Position numbers and translations under genes: made by a program
Notes under the pieces: model-generated
The model's database searches: none
Told to the model about the DNA's origin: nothing
The model's input: only the letters and a program-made list of their open reading frames with translations
In this document: one piece after another, positions 46,324-55,631 of the stretch
Numbering within the stretch: position 1 is the stretch's first letter
Layout: each line of letters starts with the position of its first letter
Source: a virus
Taxonomy: Duplodnaviria; Caudoviricetes
DNA length: 64,000 nucleotides
Virus record (IMG/VR): IMGVR_UViG_3300020576_002947
Coordinates: 64,001 to 128,000 of that record
Direction: 5' to 3' (one strand)

Positions 46324-47856
46324 CTACTCCGTATACTGAATAAAGTAATCCATACCGACAGGTATATGGAACTTAACGATATTATCAACCTCTTCCTGGG
46401 AGAACTGGTCTAGAACTGTTTTAGCTATTTCGATCTTTACAATACCACCTTGGTGTAAAGAAACACCACCCCAAGTTCCTAAGTCAAAGAACTGTTGAAG
46501 CTGCCTAAACAGAGTATCAGAGTACTTAGAACCTTTTAAGCTTTCTATAGAGTTAATACCACCGCCTCTGTTTCTTAGATCAATAATACTGATCTGGTCA
46601 TTCTTACCACCACGAGCCAATGTTATCTTACCGATTGGAGCCATGCTAGGTAGATATGTTGAAAACACATCATTTGTGTTTGGACCAGCACCTAAATCAT
46701 CATACTCAGCCTGACCTAAGACTGTAGTACCCCAGTAGTTAAAGAACTCTCTTACAGTTAAACTATAATCTTCATTAAAGTCTTCATCCAATGGACCCAC
46801 ATAGTGTCTCACAAAATGAGTCTCTCCATAGTTGAAAGCAGACTTAAACTCAATACTACCAGTAAAGACTCCTTTACTTGTTTCAGTAAAGTTAAGTTTA
46901 GCAGCAGCTACAGGAACTAAGTAGATCTGGACTTCGTCATACAAAGCTTTTAGACTAGAGACATAAGCAGATGATACATCTGAATAAGATCTCCTACCAT
47001 ACTCAGGATTTAAGTCTAACCCTTTATAGACAGTATTTGTGCCATCATAAAATTTAAAACCTTTATAATTATAAGTTTGTGGCTGAGTAAGGTAGGTTAC
47101 TGTAACTTTAGTATCTGGATCAAGACTACATACTAGATTAACAACTCCGTTTGCAGTGAAGTCTCTAATCTCTGCCGAAGTCTCTCCTACTTGTAACTTA
47201 CCAGAGTAAAGAGTGCTACCTTCTGCTACAACACTAATCAAGTACTCAGGAACATGTTTAAGATTAATAGTAGTTGGAGTAGCTGGATAAGTATCTTCTA
47301 TTACTTGAGATAGACAAGCAGTGTTTGGGAAAAGAGTGTCTGTAGAGCTCGGAGCAGTAAAGGTTTGGTAGCTTACCTCAGGAACACCGTAGACAAGCAA
47401 AAGTTTATCACCTTCAGCAAAACCAGCTCTAGGTAACCAGCTCCAGGCTGGCTCACTTTGCATTGTATAAGTTCTTAGGAAGTTACCTACTCCAACACTA
47501 GGAGTAAAAGACTTATCAGGGTTTACAAAAACACCATTTATCAGGATAGGAGATGATAAGTGCTTAAATGTAATAGCATTGTTTTCTACAGATAGATCAC
47601 CAAGACTAAGACTTGATGCTGAAATCCCTAAACTAGAAATTGCCTCAAAGCTTACTGAGGCTGTTGCTGATATAACAGACATCCCAGACGGATTAAAAGA
47701 TAATGATCTAACTCTAGGAATGTTATCAACAACATACTGCTGTTCTGAAAAGATTGCAAGTGATTCGGGATTAAAACCAGCAGACGAAATAAAAGCTATT
47801 GGTAGACAATTTTCTACTAGCTGAGGTCCTATCTGTAACTGTAGATTATTGTCCAT
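46324..47856 (-). CDS. virion structural (baseplate) protein
   Basis: LDLNPEYG, IDLRNRGGG and C-terminal IVKFHIPVGMDYFIQY, a wedge-type terminus. Confidence 0.6.
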   Translation of the reverse strand: MDNNLQLQIGPQLVENCLPIAFISSAGFNPESLAIFSEQQYVVDNIPRVRSLSFNPSGMSVISATASVSFEAISSLGISASSLSLGDLSVENNAITFKHLSSPILINGVFVNPDKSFTPSVGVGNFLRTYTMQSEPAWSWLPRAGFAEGDKLLLVYGVPEVSYQTFTAPSSTDTLFPNTACLSQVIEDTYPATPTTINLKHVPEYLISVVAEGSTLYSGKLQVGETSAEIRDFTANGVVNLVCSLDPDTKVTVTYLTQPQTYNYKGFKFYDGTNTVYKGLDLNPEYGRRSYSDVSSAYVSSLKALYDEVQIYLVPVAAAKLNFTETSKGVFTGSIEFKSAFNYGETHFVRHYVGPLDEDFNEDYSLTVREFFNYWGTTVLGQAEYDDLGAGPNTNDVFSTYLPSMAPIGKITLARGGKNDQISIIDLRNRGGGINSIESLKGSKYSDTLFRQLQQFFDLGTWGGVSLHQGGIVKIEIAKTVLDQFSQEEVDNIVKFHIPVGMDYFIQYTE

Positions 47857-49462
47857 ACTTAATTAAAACCTCTTTTGAGAGTGAAGTGGAGCTATTAGCT
47901 ATTACCTTAGAGTCTGTCGTTGATGAGACACTTATCTTATCTGATAAAGCAAATATGTTAGATACCTCTCTAGTCGTAGTTACAGAAATAGAGTTATTAT
48001 ACTCAATTCTACTTACATCAGGGATTATAAACTTAGAATCTGAATCACACTTTAATTGGATAGTCTGAGATTTAGGATAACCATAGCCCGCTATTCCACT
48101 AGTATAAAGTACAGGAGCATTTTCTGCACCTAAATCCTTTACACCAAGCAAGAGCACACTCCCTGAATGTACTTTAGCATTATCCACAGGATTGCTTACA
48201 TCTATCAGAACAGAAGCTGATACTGAATCACTAATTGCCCAAACCCTAGTAGTCTGTGTTGGTGCTAAGCTAATTAGCATCTCACCCTTTAAGTCTGTTA
48301 AAGTAGATGACGGATAAGCATATGTAATGAGTGAGGAGCTAAAACTACTAGTACCTGCAGAATTCGTTAGAAGTATCGTTACATCTTTCTGTGGTATAGG
48401 TAACAGGTTCTTATAAAGTACCTGAACTCTAACACTAACTTCCTCTTCCCATCCAGAGCAGATAGAAGTCTTTGAACTAGTAATGTTTATAGTGTTAGTT
48501 GTTCTACTATCAGCCAAGCTACCAGATGTAGAATGGTGGAATAGATAGCCTGTTCTAAAACTGTTTGGCAGGAGTGGATTAAAGTTTGCTCGACCAGCGG
48601 CTATGCTAACTTCTGGCATAGCTAAACTAAGAGAGTTAGCACTCTCCCATTCGACCCTAACAGTATCGCTAGCAGCAGAAGTAAAGACTAGAATTTGATT
48701 TGACTGAGTACCTAATGTCCATGAGAAAGGTACGTAGTATTCAGCTCTAACCCATTGACCATCTTCTCCTGAGAACGGAGATGTAATAGTACCAGAGGAT
48801 AGTCCTGAGTAGCTTTGTGAGCTTGAGCCTCTTACCAGAGTAGTGTTGTATCTATGATAGTAAGTAGGGTAGACATAGCCCTCAGTGATTCTCAGAAGCT
48901 CGCTAATAAGAAGAGTGGAGCTTGTCTGAGATATATCGAAGAATAGAGAGGATGCTGGTGTTGTTTCTGACTTAACCTGAACAGTTAGGCCTGAAACATA
49001 ATAGCTGTAACTATCTAGATCTTGTACTCTCGGTACTGGGTAAAGATCCCAATACAATCCTCTAGCACCTAGAATTGAAGTACCAGAGCTTAGTGTAGAT
49101 TCCCATATGCCTGAAGATACTTCAGTCCATGATAGATTTTGAGCCGCTCTTAGATAATTAAGTACAGGAACATACTGGTAAGCTGACCCAAACACCTCTA
49201 GATCGGAGTTGTATCCATTTAAAGATTCCGTTAAGGTTACTGTGTTTGATCCTGATACAAGTGCTGAGGTTAGGGTAGACGCTGAGATAAAGAGCCTTTT
49301 CTCAATACCATCTAAGTCATAGTAATGGCCGGGCTTTAAAGTTAGATTCCACTCACAGTTAGGACCTAGAATAACTCTTGGCTCGAGTGAGGACTCTTGT
49401 GAAATGCCAATACTAGGGTATCCTAAACTAGTTAAATCACTTGTTGTACGATTTCTATTCAT
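47846..49462 (-). CDS. virion structural protein with Ig-like C-terminal region
   Basis: S/T-rich, FNPL..GYLF, TDLKGE Ig-like turn. Confidence 0.55.
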   Translation of the reverse strand: MNRNRTTSDLTSLGYPSIGISQESSLEPRVILGPNCEWNLTLKPGHYYDLDGIEKRLFISASTLTSALVSGSNTVTLTESLNGYNSDLEVFGSAYQYVPVLNYLRAAQNLSWTEVSSGIWESTLSSGTSILGARGLYWDLYPVPRVQDLDSYSYYVSGLTVQVKSETTPASSLFFDISQTSSTLLISELLRITEGYVYPTYYHRYNTTLVRGSSSQSYSGLSSGTITSPFSGEDGQWVRAEYYVPFSWTLGTQSNQILVFTSAASDTVRVEWESANSLSLAMPEVSIAAGRANFNPLLPNSFRTGYLFHHSTSGSLADSRTTNTINITSSKTSICSGWEEEVSVRVQVLYKNLLPIPQKDVTILLTNSAGTSSFSSSLITYAYPSSTLTDLKGEMLISLAPTQTTRVWAISDSVSASVLIDVSNPVDNAKVHSGSVLLLGVKDLGAENAPVLYTSGIAGYGYPKSQTIQLKCDSDSKFIIPDVSRIEYNNSISVTTTREVSNIFALSDKISVSSTTDSKVIANSSTSLSKEVLIKYGQ

Positions 49463-50955
49463 TAGAAGTATGCAAATTCGGGATTATTAGCTTCGTTATT
49501 ATCCCATTGTTCGTGTAGAACAGGCCTATTTATAGTAGAGCCTACTACAGTTGATTGGTGAAGAAATCTATTATAGAGGATTGGATTATTAAAAGCTGGG
49601 ACGTTAGTAGTCGTAAACATTTGACTTAGAGTTGTTATTGAACCGTACTCTCCCTTTGCATCTAGCGTAGTATAAATATCTTCTTCAGTATCAACTCTAA
49701 TCCAAGACGATGTTCCAAACGTGTTTGCAAAGTAAGAACCGTCTCTATAGTTTAAACCTGTATATGACCTAGTAAACTTAGGTAAACTCAGAACCTCATC
49801 AGTGCTACTAAGAGTCGTACTAGATGCTACCGAACTTGCTGAGTACGTTGCTGTAGTGAAAAGCAAACTCATTTTAGAGCCTAGTCTAGTTGATTCTGGG
49901 TAAAGCTGAAGAATCCTCTCCCAATCTTCTAAGCTATACTTACTCAAATTTAACTCAGGAGTAATGACTTTTAAGAACCACAAAGGATTTTCGTCTAGTG
50001 AGTAATAGTGTTCTGTAGATACTTTATTATCTATTTTTAAGGTTTTATTAAGTAAACAACTTTTTAGATAGTCAGACTGATAGTAGATTGCATAAGTACC
50101 TTCTTGCATAGTAAGAGTTGAGTTCTGACTACTATAAATCAGGTCTGTTGTTCTTATGACCTTTCCCTCTCCTACTGAGTCTACTACATAAAAATAAGAG
50201 TAGTCTGTAATAGGATTGGATGCCATCTCACTACTCAAATCAATTACACCACTAACAGTTCTCTTTACAGTACTAAACAAGTCTGCATTTTTCATTACTA
50301 CTCTATTATCGTAGATAGTAACGTAGGGCTTTAATGGGTATGTTGAGGAGCCTTCCCAATCCACTCTGCTTGGAAGCCAGTGTTCTGTATTCATCACTTC
50401 AACCTCTGAAATAACATCATTAATAGATAGTGGAATATTTAAGTTTTCACATGTTAGTTTAAAAGGCTTAAACCAGTCAGTGAGATATAAAGTGCCCCAT
50501 GACAACCAAGAGTTAACTGACTTCACCAGAGCATGTTCAAGCTTAACTAAATTATTGTTTTGTACCCACTGAGGGATGATGTACGGGCTCAGTGTATTTA
50601 AGTTATAGGGTATTACAGTAGGTTTAGTAGGCAATACTTTAGTCTGCCATCTAATACGAACCCCCATAGCTGGAACAGGTATAGGATACTCAACATCGCA
50701 AAGATAAATTATTTCATTAGAGTCATCTGAAACTACTAACCATCTAACCACACCCTCAACATAGCTAAAATTAGTAGCTTCTACAGAACCTGTAACAGTA
50801 AAAGTAAGGGGAGCTTCAGAAAGGATGAAACCAGATACATCTGCATATGTATGAGTTGATATTGGTTGATACCCCGGATTGATAAGGAAAGCTTTAAACC
50901 CTTGCTCCCAATCAGTGATAGGCCCTCCACTGTAGCTAGTATAGGTAAGGTGCAT
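49462..50955 (-). CDS. virion structural protein (paralogue of 54386-55630)
   Basis: C-terminal QWDNNEANNPEFAYF. Confidence 0.6.
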   Translation of the reverse strand: MHLTYTSYSGGPITDWEQGFKAFLINPGYQPISTHTYADVSGFILSEAPLTFTVTGSVEATNFSYVEGVVRWLVVSDDSNEIIYLCDVEYPIPVPAMGVRIRWQTKVLPTKPTVIPYNLNTLSPYIIPQWVQNNNLVKLEHALVKSVNSWLSWGTLYLTDWFKPFKLTCENLNIPLSINDVISEVEVMNTEHWLPSRVDWEGSSTYPLKPYVTIYDNRVVMKNADLFSTVKRTVSGVIDLSSEMASNPITDYSYFYVVDSVGEGKVIRTTDLIYSSQNSTLTMQEGTYAIYYQSDYLKSCLLNKTLKIDNKVSTEHYYSLDENPLWFLKVITPELNLSKYSLEDWERILQLYPESTRLGSKMSLLFTTATYSASSVASSTTLSSTDEVLSLPKFTRSYTGLNYRDGSYFANTFGTSSWIRVDTEEDIYTTLDAKGEYGSITTLSQMFTTTNVPAFNNPILYNRFLHQSTVVGSTINRPVLHEQWDNNEANNPEFAYF

Positions 50956-50961
50956 CGTTAT

Positions 50962-50996
50962 AAATAAAAATAGAGCCCTAGAATAGGGCCCTATTT
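50962..50996 (-). terminator. intrinsic terminator after groEL
   Basis: Minus strand ATAGGGCCCTA-TTC-TAGGGCTCTAT followed by TTTTATTT. Confidence 0.75.
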
Positions 50997-51015
50997 GACT
51001 GGTTGTTATTTAGAG

Positions 51016-53589
51016 TTATTTTGCAGCACGCATTAGCTCTAAAAGTTGTTCTCGATTATTAGTAATCAGACCTTCAGTAGTTGTGATCTGACCGGCGATA
51101 CTTGAAGCAGTACGAACAGCAGATCTAACTACTACTAGTGGATCAATAACCATGATTTGGTCGTAAGGCACTACTTCTAGTGTCTCAATATTATACGTCA
51201 TCTTAGGATCTACGGCACCTAGGAGGCTGATTAAAAGATTTTGAATCTCATCAGTACTCCACCCGTAGTTGGTAAGGATTTTATACACAGGTGTGCAAAG
51301 GGCTTCATACAAGCTCTTCCTCATCTCGTGTGGAATATCCTCAAGAGTTGGGTCACTATAAGCTGTGATACCAGCAAGAGCCAGCATTATACCACCACCA
51401 GGAAGAATTCCATGCTGTAGAGCAGCTCTGGTAGCATTTACAGCATCTTCGTAGCGATATCGCTTTTCAACTAACTCAACAAAGTTATTTGAGCCAATCT
51501 TAATTTCTGCTGCTTTACCAGTAAGTCTTGATATTCTCTTCCTATAATAGTCAGGGCTAGTGTCTAGTTTACTAGTCAGATAGTCAATTCTTGCTTGGTA
51601 GCCTTCTCCACCATTGCCAGAAATAAAAGTAGTCTTATTCTCTAGAATGATAACCTTTTTGGCTTGACCGCACATAGCTGGCTTAATCTGAGACACATCT
51701 GTCATTAGGTCAGGTGTAATACTTACACCACCCAAGAAAGCAGCCATATCTTTCATAGACTCTCTTCGCTCATCGCTATAGTCAGGAGCCCTAACAGTAG
51801 CAATCTTTAATCTGTTGTTGAGCTTGTTCTTAGTTAAGAACTCCAAAGCCTCTCCAAACACTCCAGCAGTAACAAGAATGATTGGTCTTTCAGTACCGAA
51901 ATGGCTTCTAATAGTCTCAAGCATTTTAATTAGGTGCTGAGACTTCTCTAGTGATTGATCCATCGTAACAACAATTGGATCATCATACTCTACAGACATC
52001 TTATTGATATCAGTAATGAAGAAGGGACTCTCATAACCATTATCAAATGAAAATCCGTGAGTGTACTCTATTGTAGTATTTGCAATGTCACTCTGCCCTA
52101 AGGTAATAGCTGCATCAGGACCGACTTCTCTAAAAGCCTCTCCTACAATCTGACCTACAGTCTCATCATTACCAGCAATTTTTGCAACAGCTTCTACCAT
52201 TGGCGAAGCTAGATCAACAGGAATAGCATTGCTTTCTAGATAGTTAATGACCATTTCTGTAAATCTTTGAAGATCTACTTGTCTCTTATACCTATCCTTG
52301 TTGATAAAAGGAAGCATTGACTTGATTAACTCATAAGTCAAAAGAGTAGTGGTTGTCGTATTGTGTGTAAATACAAAATTATCTGTTACGTAAAGATTAT
52401 CAGGATTGCTTACAGAGATACACTGCATTTCTGTAAATCGACCAGTAGGGACAATTCTCAAAATAGAGTTTCCATACTTATCTCCCTTTAACTCTGTAAC
52501 ACGATAAATTGTTGTTTCAGAGTAAGAAGCTCCAGGTTTCCTTACATATTCGTAGCAAGAAACAGTCTTTCCTAGGCTTCTCATTAGCTCAACAACATCT
52601 TGTGCTAGTTGGTAACTAACTGTACCGTACTCTAACCGTCCTCTTGAATTTATATGCCCATCTGTATCAGCTAATCCTCTTAAGAGTTCTTCCCGATCTT
52701 CTATGCTCGCATAGAGATACTGTGTAGGAATAAACTTAGTTTCACTTTTTGTACCAAGTAAACCTATTTCATCAACAAGACGATGCATCGTCTTACCATC
52801 TGGAGTAATACCTCTTAACTTTACTCTGTGATAATGTTTATTCTCATTATAAACAGAGTAAGCCTCAATCCCATCAGGAAGCGGCAAGCTATCAATAATA
52901 TGTTCCTGGTCTTCGGCTAGTGATAATTCTATACTACCTGTACCACTTAAACTACCATCTCCTATTAATAGACCTACTAGGTAAGGGTGTAAAGTTTGGT
53001 TACTAGTGTGAAAGTCTACCCACGATTGAGGAGTAAAAAAGCGTGTGCCATCCCTATGCTCATTAGAGTGCATTTCATCTAATATTCGTTTTGTAGTTAA
53101 AGTTTTGACTTTACCCCAACTAGTAGTTACTGTCCATAGATGATCTTCACAGCACTCTACTACACGGTCACCTCCTAGGTACACCTCGTAAATTTCTTTT
53201 TTACCTTTAGGGTAGATTCCCTCAACTTCCTGAATCGTACCATTGGCCCCACATACCACATCACCTACTTTTAAAGATCCCATCGTTACCCATCCTTGCG
53301 GGGTAAGAATTTTACTATAGAGAGGCTGTGGTCCATCGCCAGCAAGCTCATTAGCTTTAATAGCCGCTTGCTTAACTAGCTGAGCACCCATGTTCTCCGC
53401 TTCATCTAGCAGAACAATATTCCGTGCTACTGTTACTCCGTCTTTTGTGGTAAGGGGGAATTGGTCCCCATAAAGTACTGAACCTCCACCAGGCCCCATA
53501 GTGCATGAAACGATGTCAGATAACTTCTTAGCGCCTTCAATAAGTGGATTGCGTGCAAGCTCACCATGCCGAATATCTTTTCCAGTCAT
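51016..53589 (-). CDS. groEL: chaperonin GroEL precursor containing an intein (533 aa after splicing)
   Basis: TMGPGG, TKDGVTVA, AGDG|intein|TTTTT, FDNGYESPFF, EDAVNATRAA, GILPGGG, VIDP. Confidence 0.93.
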   Translation of the reverse strand: MTGKDIRHGELARNPLIEGAKKLSDIVSCTMGPGGGSVLYGDQFPLTTKDGVTVARNIVLLDEAENMGAQLVKQAAIKANELAGDGPQPLYSKILTPQGWVTMGSLKVGDVVCGANGTIQEVEGIYPKGKKEIYEVYLGGDRVVECCEDHLWTVTTSWGKVKTLTTKRILDEMHSNEHRDGTRFFTPQSWVDFHTSNQTLHPYLVGLLIGDGSLSGTGSIELSLAEDQEHIIDSLPLPDGIEAYSVYNENKHYHRVKLRGITPDGKTMHRLVDEIGLLGTKSETKFIPTQYLYASIEDREELLRGLADTDGHINSRGRLEYGTVSYQLAQDVVELMRSLGKTVSCYEYVRKPGASYSETTIYRVTELKGDKYGNSILRIVPTGRFTEMQCISVSNPDNLYVTDNFVFTHNTTTTTLLTYELIKSMLPFINKDRYKRQVDLQRFTEMVINYLESNAIPVDLASPMVEAVAKIAGNDETVGQIVGEAFREVGPDAAITLGQSDIANTTIEYTHGFSFDNGYESPFFITDINKMSVEYDDPIVVTMDQSLEKSQHLIKMLETIRSHFGTERPIILVTAGVFGEALEFLTKNKLNNRLKIATVRAPDYSDERRESMKDMAAFLGGVSITPDLMTDVSQIKPAMCGQAKKVIILENKTTFISGNGGEGYQARIDYLTSKLDTSPDYYRKRISRLTGKAAEIKIGSNNFVELVEKRYRYEDAVNATRAALQHGILPGGGIMLALAGITAYSDPTLEDIPHEMRKSLYEALCTPVYKILTNYGWSTDEIQNLLISLLGAVDPKMTYNIETLEVVPYDQIMVIDPLVVVRSAVRTASSIAGQITTTEGLITNNREQLLELMRAAK
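52360..53331 (-). mobile_element. class 3 intein (Pro1) with LAGLIDADG homing endonuclease, 324 aa
   Basis: Block A PQPLYSKILTPQGW, block B CCEDHLWTV, blocks C/E LVGLLIGDG and LLRGLADTDG, block F MQCISV, block G FTHN with Thr+1. Confidence 0.92.
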
Positions 53590-53606
53590 ACTTATAATGT
53601 ACGTAA

Positions 53607-53643
53607 AAGATTAAAGGGGTCTCACTAGGAGACCCCTCTTTTT
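53607..53643. terminator. bidirectional hairpin/terminator upstream of groEL
   Basis: AGGGGTCTC/GAGACCCCT stem (53615-53637) with T-rich flanks on both strands. Confidence 0.7.
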
Positions 53644-53674
53644 GCCCAGGAGATCAAGGAAGGAAAAACTGAAG

Positions 53675-53926
53675 CTACTCTTCTGGCTCAGGCTTGGAAA
53701 GTTTACTAATATGCTTCTTAAAGGTATTGAAACTCATGTAGTTTCCAATAACTGCGAGCACGACGGCAATGATTAGATACTTCAGATACTCTAAAATGGT
53801 ATCTGAACTCTCAGGAAACAGGTTCTTCGTTAAGAATAAAGCCGAGACGGTAACGATGAACACACCTACCATCTTCAACAGCTTATCGACCTTAAATTCA
53901 ATTTTTTGTTCGCTCATAATAATCAC
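53675..53926 (-). CDS. small two-TM membrane protein (holin candidate)
   Basis: Two hydrophobic helices and a charged C-tail. Confidence 0.55.
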   Translation of the reverse strand: MIIMSEQKIEFKVDKLLKMVGVFIVTVSALFLTKNLFPESSDTILEYLKYLIIAVVLAVIGNYMSFNTFKKHISKLSKPEPEE

Positions 53927-54465
53927 CTACTGGCGGTATATAAAACTAAGCAGTCACACACAGTCTCTCTCAAGTACTTAGGACAACTCTCTATCTGTTT
54001 ATAACTAGAGGGTAGGATCATTAGCACACTTGTCATTATTTGAGTTTTATCTAAGTTTCCATTACCAAAAACTTCTTTCTTAGCTGTTTTAGGTTGTATT
54101 GGAATAAATAAGGTAATCTTTTTATTAAGCAAAAGACTGTAGACTAGTCCTTGGCAGAAGCTTAATGCTTTCACAGCAGAGAAACTTTGAGACCCTACAG
54201 GAGTCTCTGTGATGATAGTAGTTATATCGTGCTTATTGATTACTTCATCAATTGTTTGAAGGAAATTAACAGCAGTGGTTTCGAGATTCTTGCTATCTCC
54301 TTTCATTGACCCCCAGTCAACGAGATTATAGTCGTTAACTACAGCCCACCCAAAACACGATATGCTTGGGTCTAGAACGAGTATATTAGAAGAATGCAAA
54401 CTCTGAGGGATCTTGGATATCTGCGTCCCAGAGGGTTGCGGTTTTCGCACGGTTTTGGTTTTCAA
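53923..54465 (-). CDS. ruvC: RuvC-like Holliday junction resolvase
   Basis: LVLDPSISCFGWAV, IITETP, P..AKKEVFGNGNLDK, C-terminal ETVCDC. AGGAG SD before a TTG start. Confidence 0.8.
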   Translation of the reverse strand: MKTKTVRKPQPSGTQISKIPQSLHSSNILVLDPSISCFGWAVVNDYNLVDWGSMKGDSKNLETTAVNFLQTIDEVINKHDITTIITETPVGSQSFSAVKALSFCQGLVYSLLLNKKITLFIPIQPKTAKKEVFGNGNLDKTQIMTSVLMILPSSYKQIESCPKYLRETVCDCLVLYTASR

Positions 54466-55630
54466 TATTTACTCCTGAGTACTGCACAGCACTAGGCATT
54501 TCTTGCTCAGAAAGCTGCCAAACACCTGTATCAGAAAACACCTCACATAGAGCAGACTTTCCTTGGAAAGAGCCCCTATCCCAACCGAACTCTCCAATAG
54601 TAGCTTCTTTGATTGTGTTATCTATTGTAATGTCATCAGTTGAAAAGTAGGTTAGAGATAAATACTTTGGATGATTGATACAAAAGTTTTGTGCTGAGAC
54701 TGACGGGGTATAAGAAGACGCTAAATTAAAAGCACCGGCTAGAATAGCTTCGTAGTATTGGGAACTTGGTTGAAACTCTAGCTTTAGTATAGGGTCTAGT
54801 CGTAAGCTAAGCTGATAAGAAGTTTCAGGTTCAAGCCTATGAAGATTGTAAATCAATCCAAGACTGTCTACGCTTGTCCACATTTTTTGCCTTTCAGCAG
54901 TTACAGTAACACTATTGTTAACTAGTATATCAATATATCTTTGCTGATAACCTGAGCGTTTATACATAAACTCAAATATACCTGACACACCTAAGCTTCC
55001 AGCTCTCATAACATTTGAGGATATAGTTACAAAGTTATTAGTATGTCCAGGGTGCCTAGCAAAAACAAAACTTTCTCCACTCCATAATCCGTCAGGCAAG
55101 GTTGGGATAGTGGAGTCATCTATAATAGCAGATGCATAACCAACTGAGAAAAGAAAGATTCTATCATTATCCCAAACCCAAGCAGTCTCAGGAGTTACTA
55201 AAGACTCATAGTAGTTCTTATTTCTACAAGTTAGAAACGTGTTGTTTACAGATAGTTTTACAGTGGTAGGGTAGTCTTGGTAGTTAACGACCCATCCAAA
55301 ACTTTCCTCATCAAGATTATATCCTAACCCAATATTAAAATATTCTCCTAGTATAAAAGACTTCATGTTCTGAGTCTGATTTGCTAGATTAACTAATAAA
55401 GAGTTTAATAAATCAGGACCTAAAAAGCTTGTACCAGCATTAGTTATTACTGTGCTAGGTAATGTTGTTAGGGATGACACCGACCCTTGATCTAGCGTAA
55501 TAGGCGTTGTAGGATCATAAAAAACAGCATCCTCAAAAGCACCTTCTACTCGATTGATTGAAAACCATCGAGGTAAGTAACCGAAACTAGGCACCCAGTT
55601 AGGTGCGAGTATGTTGCCAAAATCTAACAA
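54386..55630 (-). CDS. baseplate wedge-like structural protein
   Basis: Follows baseplate J. VDSLGLIYNLHRLEPET..L..R motif and C-terminal LWDADIQDPSEFAFF. Confidence 0.6.
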   Translation of the reverse strand: MLDFGNILAPNWVPSFGYLPRWFSINRVEGAFEDAVFYDPTTPITLDQGSVSSLTTLPSTVITNAGTSFLGPDLLNSLLVNLANQTQNMKSFILGEYFNIGLGYNLDEESFGWVVNYQDYPTTVKLSVNNTFLTCRNKNYYESLVTPETAWVWDNDRIFLFSVGYASAIIDDSTIPTLPDGLWSGESFVFARHPGHTNNFVTISSNVMRAGSLGVSGIFEFMYKRSGYQQRYIDILVNNSVTVTAERQKMWTSVDSLGLIYNLHRLEPETSYQLSLRLDPILKLEFQPSSQYYEAILAGAFNLASSYTPSVSAQNFCINHPKYLSLTYFSTDDITIDNTIKEATIGEFGWDRGSFQGKSALCEVFSDTGVWQLSEQEMPSAVQYSGVNIENQNRAKTATLWDADIQDPSEFAFF

Positions 55631-55631
55631 A

